From assembly GCA_964035545.1 (NCBI GenBank), contig OZ037766.1, positions 30,168,274-30,232,273 of the forward strand: 64,000 nucleotides of DNA. Direction: 5' to 3'. The position numbers and the translations under genes were made by a program. The notes beneath the pieces were generated by a model. That model saw nothing but the letters and a program-made list of their open reading frames with translations, was not told the DNA's origin and searched no databases. This stretch comes from Bugula neritina. Its lineage: Eukaryota > Animalia > Bryozoa. Numbering within the stretch: the first letter of the stretch is position 1; each line of letters opens with the position of its first letter. Below are positions 11,301-23,560 of the stretch, piece after piece.

Positions 11301-12404
11301 GAGCACAGCGGTCATATAAAGGGTACAAAAAGCTGGCCAAGTTGTAAGAGAATTTATTTACTTAGAGTTGGGATTTTTTTGTAAAAAGGTATTGACATAA
11401 TTATTTAACCATTGTAGATTCAACACTTGCAGAACATACATGTTGAAAAGGCGAGTCAAAAACTGTATTTATACAGCTACTTTTTGTAAATCTTTTAAGA
11501 TGTCGTTAAAGCTTAATAACTTTTTACACTCAAAGGTAACAATAAAAACCTATAAAGTTTACTGATGTTGTTGCCATTGCTTGTCTCTACATTGTTTAAC
11601 TAGTATAACAGCAAACTCTAAAATAGATTTCCCTTGAGCCACATTTATTTTCAAATTGGCCACACGGAGCACAGTGGCCAAGCTGATTATTGCACCCTGA
11701 TCACTGTTATTAGTTTGTTTGCCAAAAATTTTAGTTGAAACGTTAATGAAATTTATAGATATAGCCATTTCTGAGTTGTTTGTAAAATATCAAGGACATC
11801 ATGGTAAGACTACAAAGCTACAAGTTGAAGCTCCCCTAATATACACATCTGGTGAAGTTAAAACTTCAATTGCCATTTTATACATCATACAAAACACTCT
11901 GCTGTTGCTACTATAGTATAGATAGTAATGATATTCATTTTATATTATATCATTGATCGAATATTCATGCATATGTGACTAAAATAAATTGAAATTTGCT
12001 CATTTGCTCCCCCTCTCCCTTCCATGTACTCCAGCCACAAACCGAAGCCATGCACCTTAGCTACAAATCAAAGAAAAAAGTTCATTCATAATTGTGTAGT
12101 ACATGTTACTAAAGTTTTTTTCTGATAAAAGTTCCTCTGAAGTGAAAATAAAAAAAACATTTTCAGATCTAAACAGTAATGAAAATGGCACCATAGAACC
12201 GAGTGATTTGCATTTTATTTTGCTTTCCACTGCTATCCGTGGTGACACAAACTGTACAGCTAAAACATGAATTTTGCTGTAGGTCTGAAAGAATATTTTT
12301 ATTTGTTTGTAATATCAAATGAATAAAAATCAAATGCTACAAAATCCGCAAAGTTTAAATATATTTGTTGTGTCCCACCCATTGGCCATTATATGTTGGT
12401 ATGG

Positions 12405-13633
12405 GAATATTTTGCTATTCATACATGATTGGTTAAGTATACAATTGTAGACGATATCACAATATGTTGAAATTATATAAAACTAACTAACAATCTACCA
12501 ACATTCAAGTGAAATATTTTATCTGTTATATCATATGTGTATATATACAGTCAAGGGAGACTGACATAATACACTGAGCTTCAACTACCACTTTGCTTTT
12601 GCGACAGTCACTTAATACAAGACAGTGCATTGAAGCTAATGAATCTGGATTAGTGTAGGACAGATAATAACAGTTAATCTCGTTATTTATGTTATAGGGA
12701 TGGCTGAGGCTGAAATAATAGTAAATTATTTATAACGCAAGCTCTGAAATCAATCATGGACAGTGGGTGGCAGCCAAGAACAGCAACTATCTCGTAAAGA
12801 TTTTTTGAAATGCCAATTTTGACTATTTAAATGTTTTAAATGACAAAATTGGGCTTTGCTTTTAGAAAGATTGTGCTTTTTGACAAACCTTGAGATATCA
12901 TTTGCTCTGCTAATTATACGTTTAACATATGAGGAGAGGGGCATGCACCCTATAAAACATTCACAATTATATGTGTGTAACTGCAGAATTAATGTAAATT
13001 TCTGGTGTCATCAAACAGATATTCTACATTTTAGTGTAGCACAGCATGTCTTCTGGCCCTAATTAAATTTAACCAGAAAAAAGCAAATTCAAAATGTTTT
13101 TGGACCTGCCTAATTAGATAAAACGTTATATGCTAAACCGTTCTCAACAGTCACTTTATTGAAATAAAAACTTTTTCAATGAATCATTAACCCCTACCCC
13201 TACTTCAAGGTACCCTGGAAAAGATGGTAAAATATATCCAACAATATATTTCAGCCATTATAATAACACTAATATACATACTCCAACTCTATATCCTAGC
13301 AGAGATGCATATAAAATATGTTGAGATTTTATACTGTGCAAGTCTACTATATATTAATTCACTTCATATAGAGTAGAGTAGAATAGAGAAGAGAAGGGTA
13401 GAGTAGAGCAGGGCAGGGCAGGGCAGGGCACGGCAGGGCAGGGCAGGGCAGGGCAGGGCAGGGCAGGGCAGGGCAGGGCAGGGCAGGGCAGGGCAGGGCA
13501 GGGCAGGGCAGGGCAGGGCAGGGCAGGGCAGGGCAGGGCAGGGCAGGGCAGGGTAGGGTAGGGAAGGGAAGGGAAGGGTAGGGTAGGGTAGGGTAGAGTA
13601 GAGTAGAGAGGAGTAGAGTAGGGTAGAGTAGGG
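12405..13633 (+). repeat. Dispersed repeat block C plus (TAGAG/CAGGG/TAGGG)n array; left arm of a long inverted repeat
   Basis: Reverse complement of 17543-18918. 12927-13360 is also directly repeated at 27990-28460. Confidence 0.85.
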
Positions 13634-13853
13634 TCATGGTAACGGTTGATAACGGTTGGTAACGGTTGGTTATATAATAAGAAATGTTGGTCTGATATAT
13701 TATAACAGTAAAGATGAAATACAACCCGTGAGTCTCTAGGGCCTAGCAATTTACTCAACTGGCAATATTGTCACTGTTTCAAAATTAATCTCACTGAAGC
13801 ATATAAAGTCAAGATTAAGGATCTACAGGTTTAATTACTTTGAGTATTTGGAG

Positions 13854-14046
13854 TATAAAAAGCCTGATTATGAAAACAAAAGTTAGTCTATTGAAGGCAG
13901 AAAAGGCACAACATCAAAAACTTTAAGGTGAAGAATGCTTTTCTTGATAACTAGTTATATATTTGTATTTTTCATATTCAAAAATTAATAAAATATAACA
14001 AACTTGATCTCTACTTATAATATACTTACAAATTTTTTTGAAGAAG
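13854..14046 (+). promoter_or_regulatory. TATA/Inr promoter and 5'UTR intron of secreted-family copy 3
   Basis: TATAAAA 13854-13860, TTAGTC 13883-13888 (~30 nt downstream), donor aag|gtgaag at 13928, T-rich acceptor ending gaag at ~14043. Confidence 0.55.
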
Positions 14047-14052
14047 CTGAAG

Positions 14053-15201
14053 ATGAGAACTTGGATCTTGATAGCATTTGTATTGAGTGTAGCAGTGGTG
14101 TTTGTCTCTTCACAAAACCAAGCAGACTTTTCCTCTGCAGTATCTCTGTGTAAGTAATTTAATTCTTTATGATTATATGTTATTTTTGTAAATTTTGTTA
14201 TTAGATTGCAGTAAAGTGATAGTCAAGTGATTGGGCAAATTTTTAAACTTTTTCAGACAAAAGAAATTGGAAAAAAGAATTATCTGAATGTCTTAATTGA
14301 AGCTAATTGTTTTGACTTTTCTAGCATTAGGAAATATGTCTGCTACTTTGTATACTGTTGATAAAAATATAGCAAATTAAATTTTGATACCTATTACGTA
14401 ACTGCATTTTATAGAGGTCAAAAGGAAATTATACTTTACGTCATTTCTATGGCCAAATTTTGATTTGTTATTTCAGCATGCCAAGCTTGTTTACGTTCTC
14501 GTACTCAAGCATGCCTTCAGCGCTTAGGAGTAGGTAGAGGAGGCAGGGGTGGTAAAGGGAAAAAGAGAAAAAATAAAAGAGGAGACAGGAGAGGCAATAG
14601 AAGAGCGGGCAAGAGCAAGAGAGGCAATAAAAAAGGGGGCAAAAGAAGTAAAAGAAAAGGGGGCAAGAGAAGTAAAAGAAAAGGGGGTAAAGATGGAAAG
14701 AGATCAGCTCGAATTTGCAATATAGAAGCCCAGCGACTCTGTATTAGCTTTTGTCAGCCACCAGCCCCAGCACCTACACAACCACCAATCACACCAGCTC
14801 CAATTCGTGCAGCACGAATTACACCAGCACCAATTATGATACAACTTATTACACAAGCACCTATTAGACCAGCACCAATAACACCACCACCAATTACTGC
14901 TGCACCAACCACTGCTGCACCAACTACTACTACACAAGCCATCGTCGCACGATTCGCTGGCGCAATCATCTTCGCACCAGCACCCACTACAACAACAACC
15001 ACTACAACAACAACACCCACTACAACAACAACACCCACTACAACAACAACACCCACTACAACAACAACACCCACTACAACAACAACACCCACTACAACAA
15101 CAACACCCACTACAACAACAACACCCACTACAACAACAACACCCACTACAACAACAACACCCACTACAACAACAACTTCAACGCCAGATAAAAGAAAATA
15201 A
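14053..15201 (+). CDS. Secreted Cys-motif / cationic-insert / Pro-Thr-stalk protein, copy 3 (intact, 273 aa); join(14053..14149,14477..15201)
   Basis: Exon 1 MRTWILIAFVLSVAVVFVSSQNQADFSSAVSL, donor gtaagt 14150, acceptor tttcag 14471-14476. SCQACLRSRTQAC-(67 aa K/R/G-rich)-CNIEAQRLCISFCQPP continues in frame into ORF 14836..15201 with (PTTTTT)n and ends PDKRK*. AATAAA at 15367-15372. Confidence 0.88.
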
Positions 15202-15689
15202 ACAAAAACTACATTTGAAACATTAGCTTCTCTGCAATTAATCGGCTGTATTTTAAATTGTCTACCAATTAGCTATTTTTTTTTTTGACAAAACAATTTT
15301 TGTTGCGAAATTTAGGTAGTTTAAAAGGTATTGGTGTTATAATGCTTTTTCTCCTTTTGACTATCAAATAAAGTCTACTGGTTATTTAAAATCCTAAGCT
15401 AAAATATTTTATGCTTGTTACTAGACATTTAAGGAATTCGCAACATCAGAACTTGGCAAACATTTCTAACAATACTTACCATTCCAAAAACTACAAAAAA
15501 AAATTTGACAAAGTTATCAATTTCAGATGAAGCATGCATGTGGCTAAATTTTCAATTTGACTTCAGGAGTTTAGTATACAAACAACTTTTATATTATAGC
15601 TGAAAGCCAATTGCTAACATAAATTGTGATGTGGGAAAATATTTTTTATTTAAAATAATTGGATTAGATTAGAGAAGAATAAGGTAGAA

Positions 15690-15945
15690 AAGAGTAGAGT
15701 AGAGTAGAGTAGAGTAGAGTAGAGTAGGGTAGGGTAGGGTAGGGTAAGGTAGGGTAAGGTAGGGTAGGGTAGGGTAGGGTAGGGTAGGGTAGGGTAGGGT
15801 AGGGTAGGGTAGGGTAGGGTAGGGTAGGGTAGGGTAGGGTAGGGTAGGGTAGGGTAGGGTAGGGTAGGGTAGGGTAGGGTAGGGTAGGGTAGGGTAGAGT
15901 AGGGGAGGGTAGGGTAGGGTAGGGTAGGGTAGGGGAGGGTAGAGT
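15690..15945 (+). repeat. (TAGAG)n/(TAGGG)n array followed by dispersed-repeat block A
   Basis: Seen directly; block A (15945-16030) recurs at 21090-21188 and 28470-28558. Confidence 0.9.
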
Positions 15946-16030
15946 ATAACTTAAGGTAATAAATAACAATTGTTCTAATCATGTTTTGTAGTTATGAGTG
16001 AGAAAATTTGTGCTGTGAGGCCCTACACCT

Positions 16031-17325
16031 TGATTGATTGATTGATTTTATTTCTATCACTAACCTGATATATGTTGTGCCAAAAAAAGGTGTTGAATAC
16101 CGATGCCCCTGATATTAAAAATGATAACAGTGTAACATACATGGCTTAAAAATAAGAATAAAAAGTCTCTGAGGCTGGAAATCAATTGACAAAAATTATT
16201 ATACAAGTTTATTTAGCTTGAGTGCTGCCTGGCGTATAAAAGAATCTCTGCCCCATGCATGTGCTTCTGTATTTAATAGTACGATATCGTCCTGATGGGC
16301 CCTTTTCAAGAAAGTCCTTTAGAAAATGATTGTCATCATGTATATATTGCAGTAGCAAGATTTTAGTTCTGACATCTATTAGATTGTCGATATCCCCAAG
16401 ATCTTTGATGCGCCTAGTTTGAGTGCCTCTTTAAAAAAGTGCCGGAGTTGCTTTTTATCTTTAGCATACAGGGAGATGTAAAGAATGGGCAGACAGTAAG
16501 TAAGAAGGGAGATAATAAAACTTTTAAATAGCATACTAGCCAGGGTGGTTGAACAAAGGTAAACAAAATTTCTAACAATATATAACATTCTTTGACTAGC
16601 TTTTGTTGCCACAGAGTTAATGCGCTCTTCAAAACGAAGTTTGTTGTCTATATCCATACCCCTACATATTTCACATTGTCACTAAAACTGATACTAACAT
16701 GATTCAAAATCATAGCAGGGGTGTCTGGCTAAATCCTGTTAGTGGAAAACAATATTTCTTGGGTCTTACTTGGGTTCAACAAAAGGGCTAAGGAATTACA
16801 TTCATTGGATATTCTATTTACTTCAAAAAAATAATTACTCAAAGCAGACTCATCCGAAATACAACCTATTACACAAGTGTCGTCTGCATATTTTAAAATA
16901 GTGACATTATATACTAGTTTGAGATGTAATTCCATCAGTGTAAACAGAAAACAAAAGAGGGCTTAACACAGAACCTTGGGGAGTGCCTGTAAAATTGGTA
17001 ACAATAGGCTGAGACATATAGTGCCATCAACTAATGTTCTTTGAACTCGGCCACTGAGGAAACTGGTTATTCATCCTGTTACATTACAGTCCAGATGTTG
17101 TAGCTTAGGTATAAGATGACTAATGTTTATAGTACTAAAAGCAAAAAAGAGAAATCTAGGAACAGGCATGGTGAGTAATTACAATTAGCTTGTCCGTCAA
17201 TAAAATTAGTAACAGTCGTAGCGAGGCAGAGCGCTGCATCCTGGGTTGAACGGTGTGAGCGATAAGCAAACTGAAATTTATCCAAGGGAGTGTGGTTAGA
17301 GATGTAGTTCTTCATAAGTCTCTCT
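16031..17325 (-). mobile_element. 5'-truncated, frameshifted non-LTR retrotransposon (L2/CR1 group, Rex-Babar-like) RT
   Basis: Minus-strand motifs LDKFQFAYRSHRSTQDA, LFLDFS, GTPQGSVLSP, LKYADDT, LNPSKTQEI, KASQRML across three ORF pieces; 3' tail (ATCA)n at 16031-16046. Confidence 0.85.
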
Positions 17326-17542
17326 ATAAATATTTATTATATAGACTATTCTGTAATTAGACTATAAGTTAACTAACTATATATATAGCACTACTATATA
17401 TCTTAAAAAACAACACCACCTGTAAAAGAATTTCTTGCACTAGACTGGGCTTGAGGACTACACTTCACCTGGGCTAGGGTTTGTGCCCTTTCAACTACTG
17501 TTTTTATTTACTAATTCACTTTCAAAGCTAGCTTAGCTCAGC

Positions 17543-18918
17543 TACCCTACTCTACCATACCCTACTCTACCATACCCTATTCTACTCTTCCCTATTCTAC
17601 TCTTCCCTACTCTACTCCACTCTACTCTGCTCTGCCCTGCCTTGCCCCGCCCCGCCCCGCCCCGCCCCGCCCCGCCCCGCCCCGCCCCGCCCCGCCCCGC
17701 CCCGCCCCGCCCCGCCCTGCCCCGCCCCGCCCTGCCCTGCCCTGCCCTACCCTACCCTACTCTACTCTACCCTACCCTACTCTACCCTACTCTACTCTAC
17801 CCTACTCTACTCTACTCTACTCTTCTCTACCCTACTCTACCCTACTCTACTCTACTCTACTCTACTCTACTCTATCCTACCCTTCTCTTCTCTACCCTTC
17901 TCTTCTCTATTCTACTTTATTCTATATGAAGTGAATTAATATATAGTAGACTTGCACAGTATAAAATCTTAACATATTTTGTATGCATCTCTGCTAGGAT
18001 ATAGAGTTGGAGTACGTATATTAGTGTTATTATAATGGCTGAAATATATTGTTGGATACATTATACCATCTTTTCCAGGATACCATGAAATAGGGGTAGG
18101 GGTTAATGATTCATTGAAAAATTTTATATTTCAATAAACTGACTGCATGTTGAGAACGGCTCAGCAAATAAATTTTTTTTTATTATAGGCAGGTCCAAAA
18201 AACATCTTGAACACGTTTTTTTCTGGTTAAATTTAATTAGGGTCAGAAGACATGCTGTTTTACACTAAAATGTAGAATATCTGTATGATGACGAATTTAC
18301 ATTAATTCTGCGCAGCTACACACATATAATTGTGAATGCTTTATATAGGTTACATGCCCCTTTCCTCATATGTTAAACTTATTAGCAGAGCAAATGATAT
18401 TTTAAGGTTTGTCAAAAAGCACAATCTTTCTAAAAGCAAAGCCCAATTTTGTCATTTAAAACTTTTAAATAGTCAAAATTTGCGTTTCAAAAGAATTTTA
18501 CAAAGTTTGCTGTTTTTGGCTGCCACCCACTGGCCATGCATGATTTATTTCAGAGCTTGCATAAATAATTTACCATTATTTCAGCCTCAGACATTCCTAT
18601 AACATAAATAACTGTAAGCGCATGCTTTAGATGATTAACTGTTATTATCTGTCCTCCACTAATCCAGATTCATTAGCTTCAATGCAAAGTCTTGTATTAA
18701 GTGCATGACTGTCGCAAAAGCAAAATGGTAATTGAAGCTCAGTATATTATGATATTATGTCAGTCTCCCTTGACTGTGCATGTACACACATATATATAGT
18801 AGATAAAATATTTTACTTCAATCTTGGTAGATTGTTAGTAAGTTTTATATAATTTCAACTTGTAATATATTCTACAATTGTATACCTAACCAATTATGTA
18901 TGAATAGCAAATTATTCT
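17543..18918 (-). repeat. Right arm of the long inverted repeat: pentamer array (including (CCCCG)n) plus block C
   Basis: Reverse complement of 12405-13633; ORFs 12750..12944(-) and 18336..18602(+) share MPLSSYVK...KKHNLSKSKAQFCHLK. Confidence 0.85.
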
Positions 18919-18920
18919 CA

Positions 18921-19367
18921 AGTTGCGTTTATACCTCTGCTGAAAAAAGTACCGAGTTTAGGTTAATAACGCTTTTCCGGGTACCCCTTTATAGTCAAAC
19001 TTAAACTCGTTGAAATCATATTGATGCGGTTGCTCACTTTCTGAAATTGAAATTTGACTCGCATAATAGCTATTTGATGCCCTTTGTAAATGTCGTGAAT
19101 TAGTGAAGCGGAAAGCATAAAAGCGATAATTGAGAAAGCGTAGGCTATATAATTATAACCGTATAAGTACGTTGTCTAATCGCCAAAGTAATAACTAAAT
19201 AACGATGTTTACACGGAGTTATTACTCCTATTCTAAAATTGGCCGATTAAGTTATCACAGTACAAAAATTTCAACGGGTGGCTTTTACAATGCAATGCAA
19301 CTCAGAGAAATTTCAACCCGGCCAAATTGAAATTTTGACCGAAAATCGTGAAGGTTTAAACGCAACT
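18921..19367. mobile_element. PIF/Harbinger-type MITE, full copy
   Basis: TIRs agttgcgtttatacct / aggtttaaacgcaact, flanked by a 3-bp TCA...TCA duplication. Confidence 0.75.
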
Positions 19368-19809
19368 TCATACAAACATTTTCAACAGAAATATTTACTA
19401 AACTGTATGTGGGGGAGAGTTATTATAGACATGGAATGCATATACAATACATGGTGCATACAGATTCAAAAATAATATGTTCAGGGCATTACCAGTATCT
19501 AAATAAAGTGCTTCTTTCCCCAAAGATATTGGTCAGTGAAATGGTGTAGTGACCAAAGTTTAACTGAGGTGATTATTATTTACATAATTCAAATGCTATC
19601 AGTCAGAGTGTTATATATATAGACAATTTATAATACGCAAATAAAAATATGCAAATATATACTACTTGAAATTCCTAATTGGTTGTATTGTAATTATTTC
19701 TAAAGTATGCATGCAGGACACATATATACTGTGTGCGTGTGTCTACTGTATTATACCAGTTGTCGTATTTGATTTATTGACGCTTGATTAAACATTTCAA
19801 TTAGGTTCA

Positions 19810-21610
19810 TCTTAATAAAACTACAACACTATAAATTATCAACAAAAAGAAAGAGAATCTAAGTATAAAATAACATAATGGAATACAGAATGCCTGGTGG
19901 TTCTGTTCATAGTAAGATACTGACTACTAATTTTCATCTTATACTTGCTTGCTATAATAAATAACTATAAATAGCTATAATAGCTATAAACAGTAGCTAG
20001 CTAGTAAAGTAGAGAAGAGTAGGGTAGAGCAGAGTAGGGTAGGGTAGAGTAGAGTAGAGTAGAGTAGAGTAGGGTAGGGTAGGGTAGAGTAGGGTAGGGT
20101 AGGGTAGAATAGGGAAGAATATATTATAGTAGGGTAGGGTAGAGTAAAGTGGGGTAGGGTGGAGTAGGGTAGGGTAAGGAAGAGTAGAGTAGAGTAGGGA
20201 AGAGTAGAGTAGAGTATAGAGTAGAGGTGGGTAGGGTAGGGTAGGGTAGGGTAGGGTAGGGTAGAGTAGGGTAGAGTAGAGTAGAGTAGAGTAGGGAAGG
20301 GTAGAGTAGGGTAGGGTAGAGTAGAGTAGAGCGGAGTAGGGTAGAGTAGAGTAGAGTAGAGTGGGGTAGGGTAGATCAGGGTAGGGTACTAGAGAAAAGT
20401 ACAGTAGAGTAGAGTAGGGAAGAGTACAGTAGAGTAGGGTAGGGAAGAGTACAGTAGAGTAGAGTAGGGAAGAGTAGAGTATAGAGTAGAGGTGGGTAGG
20501 GTAGAGTAGGGTAGGGTAGGGTAGGGTAGAGTAGGGTAGAGTATGGAGTAGAGTAGAGTAGAAAAAAGTAGAGTAGCGTAGGGTAGAGTAGAGCGGAGTA
20601 GAGTAGGGTAGAGTAGAGTAGAGTAGAGTGGGGTAGGGTAGAGTAGGGTAGAGAAGAGTAGAGTAGAGTAGAGTAGGGAAGAGTAGAGTAGAGTAGAGTG
20701 GGGTAGGGTAGAGTAGGGTAGGGTAGGGTAGAGTAGGGTAGAGTATGGAGTAGAGCAGAGTAGAGATGAGTAGAGTAGGGTAGGGTAGAATAGGGTAGAG
20801 TAGAGTAGAGTAGGGTAGTGTAGAGTAGGGTAGTGTAGGGTATGGTAGAGTAGAGCGGAGTAGAGTAGGGTAGAGTTGAGTAGCGTAGAGTGGGGTAGGG
20901 TAGAGTAGGGTAGGGTAGAGAAGAGTACAGTAGAGTAGAGTAGGGAAGAGTAGAGTAGAGTGTAGAGTAGAGGTGGGTAGGGTAGAGTAGGGTAGGGTAG
21001 GGTAGAGTAGGGTAGAGTAGGGTAGAGTATGGAGTAGAGTAGAGTAGAGAAGAGTAGAGTAGCGTAGGGTAGTGTAGGGTAGGGTAGAGTGTAACTTGAG
21101 GTAATAAATAACAATTAATCTAATCATGTTATATATTAAAGTTTTATGGCTATGACTGAGAAAATTTGTGCTGTGAGGCCCTACACCTAATGGTTTTTTA
21201 TTATATAGGCTATTCTGAAATTAGACTATAAGTTATGTAACTATACATATAGCACCACTATGTATCTTAATATTACAACACCACCTGTAAAGTTTTTTCT
21301 TGCACCAGACTGGGCTTGAGTACTGCACTTCACCCGGGCTAGGGTTTGTGCCTGTTCCACCACTGTTTTTGATTACTAACTCACTTTCAAAGCTAGCTTA
21401 ACTCAGCTGTATAGCTAGCTACTGTTAGCTATTATAACTATTTATAGGTATTTATTATAGCAAGCAAGTAGATGAAAATTAGTAATTAGTATCTTACTAT
21501 GAACAGAACCACAAAGTATTTTTATACCATCATGTTATTCTATACTCAAGTTTTGTTTCTTTTTGTTGATAATATTTTATAGTGTTGTATATAGTTTCAA
21601 TAAGAAATGA
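19810..21610. repeat. ~200-bp inverted repeats (19810-20003 / 21412-21610) enclosing a 1.1-kb (TAGAG/TAGGG)n array and blocks A-B
   Basis: ggttctgttcatagtaagatact...tacttgcttgctataataaata...cagtagctagcta is inverted at 21412-21510; the array spans 20003-21090. Confidence 0.8.
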
Positions 21611-21798
21611 TCAATTTCTTGTGTAATGTTTTGTAATGCTATCAGTCCATCATTTATTATATTATAGTTAACATTGCTTTATAGGTGTCATGGTTGTTTG
21701 GTTGGTTACGGTTGATAACTGTTGGTAATGGTTGGTTGGTTATATAAGAAAGGTTGGTCTGTTATATAATAACAGTAAAGATGAAATTCAACCTGCGA

Positions 21799-21862
21799 AG
21801 TTGCGTTTATACCTCTAATGAAAGGTATAAAGGTATGAAGGTATAAAGGTATAAAGGCAACT
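21799..21862. mobile_element. Miniature (~64 bp) derivative of the Harbinger-type MITE
   Basis: agttgcgtttatacct...aggtataaaggcaact. The paralogous empty site at ~13728 (cccgTGAgtctc) indicates a TGA target. Confidence 0.65.
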
Positions 21863-22433
21863 TGAGTCTCTTGGGCCTAGTAATTCACTCAACTGGCAGA
21901 CTGTGAAGTGAAAACTTCATACCACCTATGCATAGACATTATAAATGATCAGAATAATTTGGCTGTATTTTTAATTTGTTTTAAGTAACAGTTATTTTTT
22001 ATTATTATTTTTATAAAGAGTAATCTTTTATGGTTAACACCAGCATGCTATTAGATTGGCAATGAGCAGCTAGTTAACTGACAATTGTATTATCAAGCAG
22101 AATTACTATAGATATTATAGTTTTCATGTTCGAAGAGCTGATACTCTTCAAGCAACTTTCTGGATAAGATGGGAACGTCAAACAAAAAATTATAGCTTGT
22201 TTTTTTAATAGTGTGTCATAGCTGCTGGTCATTACTTCATTTCTCATATTTTGTTATAATTACTTTAGGCTACTATACCATGCAACAGCTGAAGTCATAA
22301 AGTTATTCAAATTTTGTATAGTTTCAATAACTTTATATATAGCCTACTGCCAATTGAATTTTTTGCTATTCTCATTATAATGAAACTTTATCAATAACAA
22401 AAATTTTATTTTTCATTTGCCAGAATGATAATC

Positions 22434-22862
22434 GAGTTAGTTTACTTCATTTAGTACACACCGGCAACTTATGACCTATCATTAAAGTTTGCTCAAAATC
22501 AATCGAAATTTACTATACACGCTATTTTTATGTGCTGGTATTAACTATACGCAAAACAGAAAAGGCTGGAAGGGGATTCCCCAAAATTAAAGCCAGGTCA
22601 TTGTCATGTGCGCTTAATATTCTATATGTGCTAACCGTTACGAAAAAAAAACCGTAAAGGTCCGTAACCAAAACTAGCTGAATAATTAGGAAAAAACATC
22701 GGAAATAAAGCAAAATTAAAAAGAACTTTGATTATTTAGGTGTATTTTTTGGTGTTTTACTAGTTTTGGCTAAAAGACCATGTTCAAATTACCAGCTAAA
22801 TTGTGAAAAAATAGCAAAAAACTGAAGTTATCCAGTGTGTACTAAATTAGGTAAAATGACCC
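22434..22862. mobile_element. MITE-like insertion
   Basis: Imperfect TIRs (tttacttcatttagtacacaccgg / ccagtgtgtactaaattaggtaaa); absent from the homologous segment at ~29150. Confidence 0.6.
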
Positions 22863-23159
22863 AATCACATATCTATAGTCTCTTGATGTTGACTTAAATT
22901 ACATAAAAATAGTTTATTGGGACAAAGAAGAGATTAGATTCTTTTAATCTTGGATTAGCCAGAGGTTTGGGCCCTGCAGTTGACAATAAGTATTATATAT
23001 TGTCTAAGATCTACGTATTTAAATATATTATTTTATGGCATTTAATAAATATTACCAACAGAATTATAACGGTTCAGCAAGTAAATCCAACAAAATAAAA
23101 CCACGATTTTTAGCTTTAGTTTATCTGAAATAATTTTAGTTGAAAACATCAGCTATGCC

Positions 23160-23560
23160 TTCATAGAAAAGTTAAAAGAGAAATTAGAAATAGTAAAGGG
23201 GGCATATCTGGGAGGAGAAGTAGCAGAAGGCAACAAAATAGAGATGACAGAAGAGCTAGAAGAATTGAGGTCTTGGGAACAGAATTTAAATCTGCAATAT
23301 AGAAGCAGGAAAACTTTCTGCTATTTTTTGCCAGCCGCCAACCTCAGCACCTACACCATGTTCAATCACCTCAGCATCAATCACTGCAGCACCATTCACA
23401 CCATCGCCATTTATGCTACCTTTCATTACAATAGCACTCATTACACCACCACCAATTACATCAGCTCCCGCTTACACCAGCCCCTACAGCACTGCAGCTC
23501 CAGTTACGACTGCACCAAAAACTACTGCAACAGCAACTGCTGAACCAACTCTAGCGCACC
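23160..23560 (+). pseudogene. Secreted-family copy 4 (5'-truncated exon 2 remnant)
   Basis: Matches copy 2 (RRSSRRQQNRDDRRARR...GNRI*ICNIEAGKLSAIFCQPP) but has an in-frame stop, a Cys to Ser change and frameshifts. The homologous 3'UTR/flank continues to ~24120 (AATAAA 23728-23733). Confidence 0.8.

Noticed and set aside
15690-15945. Interstitial telomere
   Set aside because: The unit is TAGGG/TAGAG, not TTAGGG, and is tied to a dispersed repeat.
19997-21127. 376-aa YPTL/YSTL-repeat ORF and similar ORFs at 5888, 13354, 15650, 17642
   Set aside because: Translations of pentamer microsatellites; no splice or codon evidence.
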